Part shown: in pieces, positions 1-10,078 of the stretch
Layout: each line of letters begins with the position of its first letter
Position numbering within the stretch: the first letter of the stretch is position 1
Origin: Candidatus Latescibacterota bacterium
Lineage (GTDB): Bacteria > Latescibacterota > UBA2968 > GCA-2709665
DNA length: 64,000 nt
Direction: 5' to 3'
Assembly: GCA_965237675.1 (NCBI GenBank)
Contig: OZ250150.1
Coordinates: 2,112,001-2,176,000 of the forward strand
Notes under the pieces: generated by a model
Told to the model about the DNA's origin: nothing
What the model saw: only the letters and a program-made list of their open reading frames with translations
The model's database searches: none
Made by a program: the position numbers and the translations under genes

Positions 1-814
1 GGAGATAGACGCCAATCTTCCTTGCTGACAGTCCACCCAGCGCCTCGAAGCAGCGGATACGCAGGGAGGGTTGCCATGTGCTCTGTTTCGCCACCGTCTC
101 CAGGTGGGCAATCGCTTCTGGCGTCCCGAACGTCTCCAGCGCCTCCACCATGACGAGCGACGTGGAGAGGTGCTCTGTTTCCAGCAATGTATCGGCGACG
201 ACGGGCAAGCTTTGCAGGTCTGCCAGCCGGGCAAGCGCCAATGCAGCGGCGGACCGCACAACCGGTTCCGGATCTTCTTCAAAAGCCCGTCGCAGCGCCG
301 GGACGGTTGCCCCGTTTCCCGGTTGGCCGAGGGCGGCGGCGGCGTTGGACCGGACCATGCCCATTTCGCCATTCCGGAGCGTTTCCGCCAGCCATGCACT
401 CATCGTCCCCGGAGTCAGACGTTCAAGCGCCGCCGCGGCCTCCACTTTCACGAAGGCGCTGACCGTTTTTTCGAATAGTCCCTCGAGCGCGCCAACTGCA
501 TCCGGACCGTTCAGTTTACCCAGCGCGTCAACTGCACGAAGGACCACGATTTCATCGGGATGGTCCAGCAGACGGAGAAATGCCGTTTGCGCATCCACGC
601 CCTCCAACCCGCCCAGGACTGTTACAGCCTCCGCGACCACGGCACCTTCAAGCTCCCTGTCGTGAACAAGATCGAGCAACGCGGTCAGCGCGTCTTTTTC
701 GGCCCGCTGCACATCCTGTCGACCGACGCCGCAACTCCACGTCACGACGCAGAGCAGAAGCATCCACACACATCGCCAACCCGGACACGGCGTCCCGCCC
801 ATTCGTGTACACAT
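1..814 (-). CDS. HEAT-repeat protein, probable lipoprotein (3' end runs off window)
   Basis: Manual translation from ATG at 814: MCTRMGG...LLLCVVTWSC (lipobox-like), then repeats such as VVLRAVDALGKL, VRSNAAAALGQ, VRSAAALALARL. Open to the window edge and absent from the ORF track. Confidence 0.75.
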   Translation of the reverse strand, partial: MCTRMGGTPCPGWRCVWMLLLCVVTWSCGVGRQDVQRAEKDALTALLDLVHDRELEGAVVAEAVTVLGGLEGVDAQTAFLRLLDHPDEIVVLRAVDALGKLNGPDAVGALEGLFEKTVSAFVKVEAAAALERLTPGTMSAWLAETLRNGEMGMVRSNAAAALGQPGNGATVPALRRAFEEDPEPVVRSAAALALARLADLQSLPVVADTLLETEHLSTSLVMVEALETFGTPEAIAHLETVAKQSTWQPSLRIRCFEALGGLSARKIGVYL

Positions 815-816
815 AC

Positions 817-2193
817 CTATTCAACTCCCACCGCACAGCGAAACCCGACATCGGACCGTTTTTCGTCGGGTCTCGCCCAGCCCGCACCGGTACATTTCGC
901 CCGTTTTTCGTCGTCCAGCCAGGACCCGCCGTATATGGCCCGGAGTTCTCTATTGTTCCCATACCATCCATCCACCCACTCCCACACATTGCCGACCATA
1001 TCCCGAACGCCATAGAGGTTTGGCGCTCCTTTTGCCACTTCCACGGCCCCCGCGTCCCAGCCCAGACCCGTCCGTCCCCTGGAGGGATCGTACCGCAAAC
1101 CGTAGGAATAGATATTACCCGCCTCACCCACGCAGGCCGCAACCCATTCTTCTGAGGTCGGCAACCTCTTCCCGCGAGAGACGCAGAAAGCCTGCGCCTG
1201 TTCGTGCGTTATCCCGGTGGCCGGCATCCTTGTGGCGTCGGAAAACTCATCCGGCCTGTAGGTCGGGTCGAACGCCCGGAACGCCTCGACGCTGACTTCG
1301 TGAGGATCGATATAGAACGTCTGGAAAGCGGAGGTCTCAATTTTCAGCATGCCCTCGACCTTTTTCGCAAAAGTCGCCGCGATCCGGGCCGCCTCGGCCA
1401 CCCGAGCCTGTTCTTCGGCAAGCTCGGCCACCCGAGCCGTTCTTGCCTTGGCTTCAACTTTGGCGATCCGGGCCGCCTCGGCGGCTTTGAGCGCGGCCTT
1501 GCGGCGGGCGGTTTCTGTGCGGACGCGTGCATGAATTCTGCGACGCGCCTCTGCTTTGGCCGCGGCCAGGCGCGCCCGGTCGGCGTCCGTCAGCGATCGG
1601 GCACACCGAAACCCGTAATTTAACGACTTCAAGTCGACTTTCGCCCGCCTCGCGGATCCGCACCGCGTCAACCTGGGACTATCCGTCCAGGAACCGCCGT
1701 ACACCTTCTGCATCTCGTCTTCGGCGTCGCCGTCGTCCACCCATTCCCACACATTTCCGGACATATCGTACAGCCCCGCCTTGCTCTTTTCGTAGGTCAT
1801 CACCGCCTTGGGACCGTCGGTCCAGTTCCTGCGGCCCACTCGCGCGTGGTTGGGATCGTAGTTGTTTCCATAGGCGTAAGCCGACCCCTCCAGGCCGCCA
1901 CAGGCCGCGACCCATTCTTCGGAAGTAGGCAGCCGTTTACCCTGTGCTTCGCAGAACGCTTTCGCCTGTGTGAACGTGATTGCGGTGGCAGGCATTTTGG
2001 CATCGTCGAAATAGGTGTACGCCGGATGATAGTCCGGATCGAATGCCTTCATTTGTTCCACCGTCACCTCATGTCTGCTCATGTAAAACCGTTCCTGGCC
2101 GGCCTGCACCAAAGCCATTTCGTCTCCCTGCGACTGGGCAGGAATCGCCGCCGGAATGAATCCAACGAAAATGGTGATCGCCAGACGCAGCAC
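817..2193 (-). CDS. Secreted protein with two formylglycine-generating-enzyme-like (FGE-sulfatase/SUMF1) domains and a coiled-coil linker
   Basis: Signal peptide. Two copies of HEVT/S...GKRLPTSEEW...DMxGNVWEWV...GGSW...GFRCA separated by an Ala/Arg/Glu-rich helix. Confidence 0.85.
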   Translation of the reverse strand: MLRLAITIFVGFIPAAIPAQSQGDEMALVQAGQERFYMSRHEVTVEQMKAFDPDYHPAYTYFDDAKMPATAITFTQAKAFCEAQGKRLPTSEEWVAACGGLEGSAYAYGNNYDPNHARVGRRNWTDGPKAVMTYEKSKAGLYDMSGNVWEWVDDGDAEDEMQKVYGGSWTDSPRLTRCGSARRAKVDLKSLNYGFRCARSLTDADRARLAAAKAEARRRIHARVRTETARRKAALKAAEAARIAKVEAKARTARVAELAEEQARVAEAARIAATFAKKVEGMLKIETSAFQTFYIDPHEVSVEAFRAFDPTYRPDEFSDATRMPATGITHEQAQAFCVSRGKRLPTSEEWVAACVGEAGNIYSYGLRYDPSRGRTGLGWDAGAVEVAKGAPNLYGVRDMVGNVWEWVDGWYGNNRELRAIYGGSWLDDEKRAKCTGAGWARPDEKRSDVGFRCAVGVE

Positions 2194-2194
2194 C

Positions 2195-3190
2195 TCAAAA
2201 CTCCCCGAGCAATTCCTGACATTCGTCGCCTTCGCCCAGAATCAGGCTGATATCCCACTCGTATTGACCGTTTGCCGGTACCACGCCGCAGGCTTTAAGT
2301 CCCCACGCGGTATCCAGGCGGTCGACCTGCGACGTAGAGGGCTCCAGCGCCACGTGGTGGAGGTTGTACCATCCGCCCTCGTTTATCCACAAGCCAAGAT
2401 GGGGGAACTTTTTGGCCGGAAACAGAAAACCGACAAATTCCCCATTCGGGTAGACCAGCGCGCAACGGCCCTGTTTCAGATCCACGGAAAAAAGCTTCTC
2501 GGCCTCTTTGGTACGGCTGGAGCGAACCGAGGATCGGTTATAGGCCTTGTCCAGCGTCAGATCCGTGACTTTGGGCCAGGCATGGCGTGTCATTGGCGGC
2601 CCCAGGCGGTCTTCGGTGCTCATGTACGAAACCACATCCGTTCCGGGTGGTATCAGGATGCGGGCGCGGGTTTCCGCTTTGAACAGGGGGTGGAACGCAT
2701 AGACAAACGGCATTTCATACGGGCTTTCATTTTCAACTGTGTAGGAGAATCGGATATACGGTTTCTTGCCGCGCGCCAGTGTCTCGAAGCGGATATCACG
2801 TTTAAACACATATGGAAGTCGCACGCCTCTCACCCACATCTGCAGGCGTCCCTGCTTGACCTCGTACTGCCATGGAAGCGTCCAGACCTCTCCATGGTCC
2901 GGAACCAGAACACCTTCCCATGGAAATACAGGATACGGACAGGCTTCGACGGTGGGAAAACACTCGTCGGCCCCATCGCGTTCATAATTCTCGAAACGAT
3001 CCGCATAGGTCCGGCTCCTGTACGGTATATTTGTTCGCGAAAGAAACTCGCGTCCGGTCGTTTTATTGACGAGAGAGGTAATCTTCCCACCCAGTTCAGG
3101 AACGACCACCAGAGAGAAAAAATCTGTCTCCAACCTTAGTCCCGAGATGTCCGGCGTCAGTTGCACCTCTTTCAGCTTGAGTTTATTCAT
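2195..3190 (-). CDS. Galactose mutarotase-like (aldose 1-epimerase superfamily) protein
   Basis: PELGGKITSL, GADECFPTV, PDHGEVW, AFHPLF and ALEP motifs. Start chosen at MNKLKL after GGGA. Confidence 0.7.
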   Translation of the reverse strand: MNKLKLKEVQLTPDISGLRLETDFFSLVVVPELGGKITSLVNKTTGREFLSRTNIPYRSRTYADRFENYERDGADECFPTVEACPYPVFPWEGVLVPDHGEVWTLPWQYEVKQGRLQMWVRGVRLPYVFKRDIRFETLARGKKPYIRFSYTVENESPYEMPFVYAFHPLFKAETRARILIPPGTDVVSYMSTEDRLGPPMTRHAWPKVTDLTLDKAYNRSSVRSSRTKEAEKLFSVDLKQGRCALVYPNGEFVGFLFPAKKFPHLGLWINEGGWYNLHHVALEPSTSQVDRLDTAWGLKACGVVPANGQYEWDISLILGEGDECQELLGEF

Positions 3191-3294
3191 GTATTCCCAT
3201 CCTTTTTTCGGAATAAGGACCTGACGGCCGGACGCCTCTCCCACGATTCAATGATTCCGACGCATCGCGCCGCATTACCGTTCCACGAATTCTT

Positions 3295-4260
3295 CTACGG
3301 ACGCCGATCGGGAATTCTCTGTCGAATCATCGGGCCGATTTGTGCGACACCCAGAAGATCGAAATACTCTCGATCGTCGTCTCTGGGGCGAAATCGTACG
3401 TACTCCAGCATTCGCGCCAGTACGCTGTTCTGTCTGGCAACCTCTTCCAGAATGGGAATATTGAGCCGTCCCATCACGTTTTTCATTCGCACCCTTCCCC
3501 TATTGATCCAGCGGGCGTCGTAAGTGATATCGAGCGACCCTTCCGCCGTGCGAATAATTGGAACCGAATGCTCGGCCAGCTTCAAGTCTCGCAGTGACGT
3601 TTTGTAAACCGCAATCTTGTAGGCATTGGGACTTCGATGCTCGTCGTAACCGTCCGGAAAAAGCGGTTCCTCGACCACCATTTCTCCAAGGTTGGCGTAC
3701 AGTTCTTCGGTGCCCAGCGCCGTTGCTTCCAGCCTGTAGATCGACTCTTTGCTCTCGACGTGGAAAAATTCTGTCTGGAGATTCAGATGCATCCCCGCGA
3801 AAGGCGACGACCAGCTAAAGCCGTCGTAATTGCCTATCCTGTGGTTTCTCTTTATGTAGTAATGCGCCACACAGAGGGCGTCCACGTCCTGCGCCCGGTC
3901 GATCACCTCCCCCAAACGCAATCCGTCCCACCCACCCTGGTGTTTTACCTCGTAACCCCTGTGTTGAAGCGCCGCGCGGATTGCTTCGTATAGCCGGAGT
4001 TCGTACCTGCGCGGCATCCGAAATGGATCCCCCTCCAACTGCCGGCTGTATCCCAGCAAAACCCTGCCGGCGTACCGAAGTCCGATATCCGGGTCCCTGT
4101 CCGACGCCAGGACGATGAGTCCGATCCGTTTCGGGCGATAACGTGCAAAGGCCTCAGCCGCCGAATTCGTCCCTTTGGCGAAAGTCTCTTTTTTTATTTC
4201 GCCGCCCTCGGATGGGGCCGACCCGATACACAACAACCCGCACAACAGCAGAAAGCGCAT
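3295..4260 (-). CDS. Hypothetical secreted protein
   Basis: 321-aa ORF with N-terminal signal peptide, co-oriented in the operon; no recognised motif. Confidence 0.6.
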   Translation of the reverse strand: MRFLLLCGLLCIGSAPSEGGEIKKETFAKGTNSAAEAFARYRPKRIGLIVLASDRDPDIGLRYAGRVLLGYSRQLEGDPFRMPRRYELRLYEAIRAALQHRGYEVKHQGGWDGLRLGEVIDRAQDVDALCVAHYYIKRNHRIGNYDGFSWSSPFAGMHLNLQTEFFHVESKESIYRLEATALGTEELYANLGEMVVEEPLFPDGYDEHRSPNAYKIAVYKTSLRDLKLAEHSVPIIRTAEGSLDITYDARWINRGRVRMKNVMGRLNIPILEEVARQNSVLARMLEYVRFRPRDDDREYFDLLGVAQIGPMIRQRIPDRRP

Positions 4261-4275
4261 GCACGCCTCACTGTT

Positions 4276-5592
4276 TCACTCGTTCCGTTTCAACCCGTCG
4301 AGCAATTCCAGCGTCGCCGATTTGATCATTCGTTCACAGGCCGGCGTAATCATCAACGTACCGTAATACCGGTACGCCTGGTCCACTTCGTACCCGCCCT
4401 CGGGAAATGCCTCTGCCGTTGGCACATATCCGATACACCCGTTGGCATATCCGAGCGTAAACGTCTTCTCGAACGGCGACGTCCGATCCATTTCCAGCTG
4501 ATAATCCACGAACATTTCGCCAGGGTAAGCCACCAGCGCCGCCTCGCCGATCCGCATCGCCTGTATCTCGAACGCCACTGACCCGTGTGGGAGGTTCCGC
4601 GCGGCCTGGAGATAATCTTCCGCCCAGCCGATCTGCCCTCGGTACTGACGAATCAGATACTCGGTCGAATCGGGGTTCCGCTCTTCGCGCATCACCCGCT
4701 CTTTCTGCTCCTCCAGCGCGCGTTCCGCCTCATCCACCGAAGGGATTCTCGTGGGCAGATCTATCACCCTGAGCACAGCCGCCAGACATCGTCCCGCCAG
4801 AGGTGCCGCGCGCCGGGCAGCCGTTACCGCCGCGCCGCCCAGCAATTCACCGTGCCGTCTGGTTGTACGCAGCGTGCCGTCCATGGGTGTACAGTTGATG
4901 TCGCCGCAACAACCCTGCGCAAACATCGGCAATGCGCCGTTCAACTCACGCCGGATGGACCGTGCTGCATATCCGGGAAATTCCGCGCTGAACCCCAGGC
5001 CCCGCAGGTTGACGGGGTGGGCCGCCGTCATATAAAAAAGCCCCAGCGTGGAACCGGTACGGCGGTCAATGCGCAATACGTCCACCCAGGGAGCTTCAGG
5101 CCCATCCGGATTGTGTCCGATCGTCATCCGTCCGTTCCGACGGGCGCGCCGATTGTGGGCAATCCTCACCGGCTCGCGGCCTACCTGAAGCGAAACGGCC
5201 TCCAGCCGGTCTGCCGCCATTCGGACTGCGCCGGCGACCTTCCGGCACAGCACGTCCTCGTACGCTTCGTCCCGCTGACCCATGCTGCGAAACGGCATCA
5301 CCGTGGGCCCGGAATGAGAGTGCGATCCGTTCAACAACAGGCAGCCGCCCGGTATGCCTGACGCTCGTTCAACCAGGCCCCGAATCCGTTCCACGAGGTC
5401 GGGCGCGAATCCGATGAGATCCGACGTTACAATACCCAGCCGCGTCTTCCCGTCGTCCAGTACCAGCGCACGTGCGAACAGATCGTCGTAAACCGTTTCG
5501 GCCGGCCCCTTCCGGTTACCGAATCCACACAGCGAAACGCCGATCGGCGGCGTAATATTGACCTCGGCAACGCCGGCCTTCAGTTCACCCAT
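4276..5592 (-). CDS. Neutral/alkaline ceramidase-like amidohydrolase
   Basis: AGVAEVNITPP, DDLFARALVL, SHSHSGP, AHP, QGCCGDIN, PGEMF, GYANGCIGYVPT...GGYE motifs. Confidence 0.8.
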   Translation of the reverse strand: MGELKAGVAEVNITPPIGVSLCGFGNRKGPAETVYDDLFARALVLDDGKTRLGIVTSDLIGFAPDLVERIRGLVERASGIPGGCLLLNGSHSHSGPTVMPFRSMGQRDEAYEDVLCRKVAGAVRMAADRLEAVSLQVGREPVRIAHNRRARRNGRMTIGHNPDGPEAPWVDVLRIDRRTGSTLGLFYMTAAHPVNLRGLGFSAEFPGYAARSIRRELNGALPMFAQGCCGDINCTPMDGTLRTTRRHGELLGGAAVTAARRAAPLAGRCLAAVLRVIDLPTRIPSVDEAERALEEQKERVMREERNPDSTEYLIRQYRGQIGWAEDYLQAARNLPHGSVAFEIQAMRIGEAALVAYPGEMFVDYQLEMDRTSPFEKTFTLGYANGCIGYVPTAEAFPEGGYEVDQAYRYYGTLMITPACERMIKSATLELLDGLKRNE

Positions 5593-5661
5593 CACCGAAC
5601 CCTTCCAACCCGATGGACGAGGCAGGTCGCCCGTTCCGTGGCGTTCTGCCTTCTTCACGAT

Positions 5662-6693
5662 CTAAAACTGTCCGTTCCGTGCTTCGTATTTTGTGGGCTT
5701 GCCCAGCGTCGGGCCGTCGCGCATTACCCAGGCGGCCACCCATTCCATCATTTCCTCGGACGAGACCCGGGGCGGTCCCATGCATTCGAACAACGTCTGT
5801 GCATTGCCCAACAGGGCCGTCTCACTCTCTTTACCCTCGAGAATCGGAGTTCGCCCCATCAAGGCGCCGAACTTCACCGCCACGTCCCGCACCTCCAGCA
5901 GGTCGGGACCGGTAAGGTTGAGCACTCGCGCGGGGCTCTCACAGAGTGGAAAACTACGCGCAAGGTAAGCGTTTGCATCGCCTTGCCAGATCTGGTTTAC
6001 ATATCCCATCGTCAGATCGATTGGTCGCCCGGTCCACACCCGCTGGGCGATGTCCAGAAAAACGCCATAGCGCAACTCTGTTGCGTAGAATAGGCGAATA
6101 ATCGCGAGGGGGGTACCGTTCCGCTCCGCGTAGTATGCCGCCAGGCGTTCGCCCCCCAGCCGGGACTGCGCATATTCCCCCACCGGGCCCAATGGCGAAG
6201 ACTCCACCGAGCCGCCGGAATCGGGAGATACAAACCGGTAGACGTTTCCGGAAGAGACATAAACGATGCGGGACTCCGGAAATCGCTGCATCACCTTACC
6301 GGGAAGCAGCGCGTTCATCGCCCACGTCAGCGCTTCATTCCCGGTTGAACCGAATTTGTGCCCCGCCAGCAGGATGATGTGGCCCACTTCCGGCAGGCTG
6401 CGCAGCGCATCGTCGTCGATCAGGTTGCACCGTGCGGTCCGTATCCCCCTGGCTTCAAGGTATTCCCGATCCGCCGGATTTGAAAAGCGCGAGACCCCGA
6501 TGACGCCTCTGGCGCCGGAACGCACCAGGAGTTCGCCCAGGGTCAACCCCATTTTGCCGGCAATGCCCAGTATCATTACGTCGCCGTCGATTCTGGAAAC
6601 CGCGTCCGTCACCTCGGGGACCGGTTCGGTCATCCGGTCGATCAGCGCTGCTTCGGTCTCGATAGGATCAACGGTAGACTCCGACATCTTCAT
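5662..6693 (-). CDS. NAD-dependent epimerase/dehydratase
   Basis: ILGIAGKMG Rossmann motif, SSGNVY, EYAQSR, YVNQIWQGDAN. Confidence 0.8.
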   Translation of the reverse strand: MKMSESTVDPIETEAALIDRMTEPVPEVTDAVSRIDGDVMILGIAGKMGLTLGELLVRSGARGVIGVSRFSNPADREYLEARGIRTARCNLIDDDALRSLPEVGHIILLAGHKFGSTGNEALTWAMNALLPGKVMQRFPESRIVYVSSGNVYRFVSPDSGGSVESSPLGPVGEYAQSRLGGERLAAYYAERNGTPLAIIRLFYATELRYGVFLDIAQRVWTGRPIDLTMGYVNQIWQGDANAYLARSFPLCESPARVLNLTGPDLLEVRDVAVKFGALMGRTPILEGKESETALLGNAQTLFECMGPPRVSSEEMMEWVAAWVMRDGPTLGKPTKYEARNGQF

Positions 6694-7118
6694 CGCCGCT
6701 CCCTTATTAAGTGGACCCCCGAACGCACCTCGTCGAACCCGTCGATCGGCCATCGGGGACGAACACGGCAGATTGACGCCGCGGCGTCGGCGGACGGGAG
6801 CCGCAACACCACTGCCTGCGATGTCAAATCCTTTACTTCGTCGGCCGTAAATCCATAAGCAGATATTTTAAATGAGCGTACTCTGTTATTAAGTTGACTA
6901 AATTCCAATACGCTAGACTACAATATAGAGTGTAAGCCCTTCGTGCACAACCGAAAGTTCGAGTGCACGGTCATCCTCGGGCCAAAAGGGTTGACTTTCC
7001 GCCTCTGGACACCTACGTTAAAAGCCTGCCAGGTCTAATTCGCCATCCGCGGATAACGCATTTTTCGGTCCGGGTCGAGCGAATGATCGCACTCTATCAC
7101 GGGTACAGTATTTCAACC

Positions 7119-8882
7119 ATGAACTTTCTCGCCCAATTCTATCGCATTCTGGAGGGTAAACGGCTTCTCATCGCCCTCACAATTGCCTGCGGGCTCCTAT
7201 TTGCCGCCGCCAACCTTCTGCCGCCTTTGCTTATCCGGGAACTCATCCGCTGGCTGACGGAAGACGCCGCCGCAGCAGATCTGCTTCGGGTCAGCCTGCT
7301 TCTCGCAGGGATCTACCTTTTTCGGGGCGCCGCCAGATACGGTTACGGTTTCTTTTCCCATATTGCCGCCTATCGCGTGATGCATGACCTGATGGTGAGG
7401 ATATATCGACACCTTCAGAACATGCCCCATCGCTTTTACAACAAGCAGCGAACCGGCAACCTCATCTCTCGTTCAATCAACGATGTTGAAGCCCTGGAAG
7501 ACTTCGTTGCTCACGGGATCCCGGAGACCGCGCTGGCCGCGATCATACCCGTTTCAATGATCGTCGTGCTGTTCACACTGAACCCCGAACTCGCTTTCAT
7601 CACGCTGATTCCCATCCCGCTGACAGCCCTGCTGGTCTACCGTTACGTCTCCAAAGTCCGCGCCCTCTGGCGCGCCGTGCGGACGCATCTGGCCGACCTG
7701 ATTGGCCTTGTCCAGGACAGCTTCTCGGGCATCCCCGTGATCAAGTCCTTCGCGCAGGAACACCGGCGTGCCCGACTTATAGAAGCCCAGAGTCTGAAGT
7801 TCAGAGACAGCAGCGTGACGGCCAACCGCATCTCCCTGCTACCCGCCGGCATCATCGAGGCCGCGGGCGGTATCGGCATCGTCCTGGTTATCTGGAGTGG
7901 CGGCGCAATGGCGCTGGAAGGCGTGATTTCCGTTGCGGACCTCTTTGTTTTCATCGTCTACATGGGGCACATTTATCAACCTTTTCTTCAACTCGCCTCG
8001 TTTAACGACATCCTGCAGAAAGCCGCCGCCAGCACCGAGCGTGTCTTCCAACTCCTCGCCGTCGAATCCGAAATCATTGACGCCCCGGACGCCCGTACGC
8101 CGCAAACCATGACATGGAACATCCGGTTTCAGAATGTCACATTCGGATACGATCCGGAAAATCCCGTGCTTCACGAGGTCGATTTCCACGTCGACGCCGG
8201 GGAAATTATCGCCCTCGTGGGCCCCACGGGCGCCGGCAAAACCACCGTTGCCAATCTGATCCCACGCTTTTACGACCCACAGAGCGGCGGGGTTTTCATT
8301 GGCGGGCATGACATCCGTACCCTTCCGCTTGCTTACCTGCGCTCGCAGATCGCTACGGTGTTCCAGGATGTCTTTCTCTTCCACGCTACCGTGCGCGAGA
8401 ACCTGGTCTTCGGCCGTCCCGACGCTACGGACCAGGAGGTCCGGGCTGCGGCCCGGGCGGCCAACGCGGAAGACTTCATCCTGGATCTCCCTGAATGCTA
8501 CGACACGCTCGTCGGTGAACGCGGAGTCCGGCTTTCCGGCGGTCAGAAGCAGCGGCTCTCCATCGCCCGCGCCGTGCTCAAAGGTGCCCCCATCCTGATC
8601 CTGGACGAAGCCACCTCATCGGTGGATGCCGAAACCGAGATCCTCATTCAGGAAGCCATTGCCCGTCTTACCCGCCATCGCACCACGATCGTGATCGCCC
8701 ACCGGCTTTCCACCGTGCGCAATGCCGACAAAATTCTCGCTTACAACGGCGGCCGTGTTATCGAATCCGGGACCCACGAGAACCTGATGGCCCAAGAGGG
8801 TCTCTATGCCCGAATGGTGCGGACACAGGAGATTACCCGTGGCTGGCGTATACCCCAGGCCCGGGAAAACGCCGCCGATTAG
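7119..8882 (+). CDS. ABC exporter, fused permease/ATP-binding (MsbA/MdlB-like)
   Basis: Six TM segments, Walker A GPTGAGKT, LSGGQKQR signature, Walker B ILILDEATS, IAHRLST. Confidence 0.92.
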   Translation: MNFLAQFYRILEGKRLLIALTIACGLLFAAANLLPPLLIRELIRWLTEDAAAADLLRVSLLLAGIYLFRGAARYGYGFFSHIAAYRVMHDLMVRIYRHLQNMPHRFYNKQRTGNLISRSINDVEALEDFVAHGIPETALAAIIPVSMIVVLFTLNPELAFITLIPIPLTALLVYRYVSKVRALWRAVRTHLADLIGLVQDSFSGIPVIKSFAQEHRRARLIEAQSLKFRDSSVTANRISLLPAGIIEAAGGIGIVLVIWSGGAMALEGVISVADLFVFIVYMGHIYQPFLQLASFNDILQKAAASTERVFQLLAVESEIIDAPDARTPQTMTWNIRFQNVTFGYDPENPVLHEVDFHVDAGEIIALVGPTGAGKTTVANLIPRFYDPQSGGVFIGGHDIRTLPLAYLRSQIATVFQDVFLFHATVRENLVFGRPDATDQEVRAAARAANAEDFILDLPECYDTLVGERGVRLSGGQKQRLSIARAVLKGAPILILDEATSSVDAETEILIQEAIARLTRHRTTIVIAHRLSTVRNADKILAYNGGRVIESGTHENLMAQEGLYARMVRTQEITRGWRIPQARENAAD

Positions 8883-8883
8883 C

Positions 8884-8916
8884 AAAACGGGACGACCTGG
8901 AGGATCGCCCCGTTTT
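8884..8916. terminator. Probable bidirectional intrinsic terminator
   Basis: AAAACGGGACGA...TCGCCCCGTTTT hairpin between convergent genes. Confidence 0.65.
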
Positions 8917-8954
8917 CGGGCTGCGGCCGGCCGTGGTTGACCATCGGTTCGCGA

Positions 8955-9953
8955 TCATTTCTCCCACACCGTCACGTCCACGTATGCCGTTCCTGCTCTG
9001 TCGCGGGCGACCCGTTGCCTATGAGTGACGGCGGGCCGGAATCCTGCCTGCGAAAGCGCCGTCGCCTTCGGTCCGAACCCCGCGTCGCAATAGGCCAGGT
9101 ACCGGTCCGCGACCGGAAGCGACAACGCGCCCAACAGTTCGATCGAACGGTCCCAGAAATTCGGATGGCAATACACATCCACCACGCAGCTTCCTGGCCA
9201 TAGCCGGTCGAACGACCACATCGCCAGCCCCGCCACCGCCGTCGTCTCACGTTGCCGCAACACCTTCACGCGCGCCGGTCTGCCTTCGGCCTGTCGAGCC
9301 ACCGCGTCCCGGATGACCGGCAACAGGGGGCTTTCGGTAGACTGCCGTCCGAATATCCGCATGCCGGCACATCGCGTCACACCGGGAAAATCACCCGAAA
9401 ACAGCGCTGTCGACGCAGGCCAGTCCGGCCAGTCCAGGTTCGCCACGACTGCCCGTCCTTTCGAGAAATATTCCGCCTCGAACGCTCCTTTTGAAGTCGA
9501 ATAGTAATCCATATAGCCGCTGCGCGGCTCCAATCCTTCAAATCCGTGCGACCGATATATGTGATAAGGATGCGAATCATAACCTGTCCCGAGGTACAGC
9601 GCCCGCCCGCCCCGCCTTCTGAAATGATCCATCATAACGCGCATCAGTTCCATCGCGGCCCGCTGCCGACGGTCCTCCGGTTTCGTATACACGTGCCCGA
9701 AAATTCCCACCCCCCGCATCTCGACCGTGGTCATATTGGCGAATGGAATCCCGTCCCGATGCAGAATATAAAAGTACGCCTCGACGCCCAGCCTTTCCCG
9801 TAGCACCATGGTGTTTCCCCATCGCCAGATCTCTGATTTGTGCTCAAGCAACGTCTCAATTCGTCCTGCCCAATCCCGGTCAGGTCCTATCACAAACCCC
9901 ACTTCGACCGTTTCGCCCGACTTCAGTCTGATTGTGTCAATGGGTTCGTACAT
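8955..9953 (-). CDS. GNAT family N-acetyltransferase with extended C-terminal domain
   Basis: GHVYTKPEDRRQRAA acetyl-CoA motif A; HIYRSHGF motif B. Confidence 0.75.
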   Translation of the reverse strand: MYEPIDTIRLKSGETVEVGFVIGPDRDWAGRIETLLEHKSEIWRWGNTMVLRERLGVEAYFYILHRDGIPFANMTTVEMRGVGIFGHVYTKPEDRRQRAAMELMRVMMDHFRRRGGRALYLGTGYDSHPYHIYRSHGFEGLEPRSGYMDYYSTSKGAFEAEYFSKGRAVVANLDWPDWPASTALFSGDFPGVTRCAGMRIFGRQSTESPLLPVIRDAVARQAEGRPARVKVLRQRETTAVAGLAMWSFDRLWPGSCVVDVYCHPNFWDRSIELLGALSLPVADRYLAYCDAGFGPKATALSQAGFRPAVTHRQRVARDRAGTAYVDVTVWEK

Positions 9954-10078
9954 ACCATTCCTCGCCTCTCGTGTCCTGTCCGTGAAATATGTCACCATTC
10001 TTCCCTGTCTGCGTGCGTGAGGCAGCACGCACAGGCAGGCGCGGGTTCATCCCGTCTCGCTGCGTTGCGTCATTCGGA

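Noticed and set aside
817-2193. Diversity-generating retroelement target (FGE/CLec fold ending in GFRC)
   Set aside because: No reverse transcriptase and no adenine-variant template repeat seen in the window.
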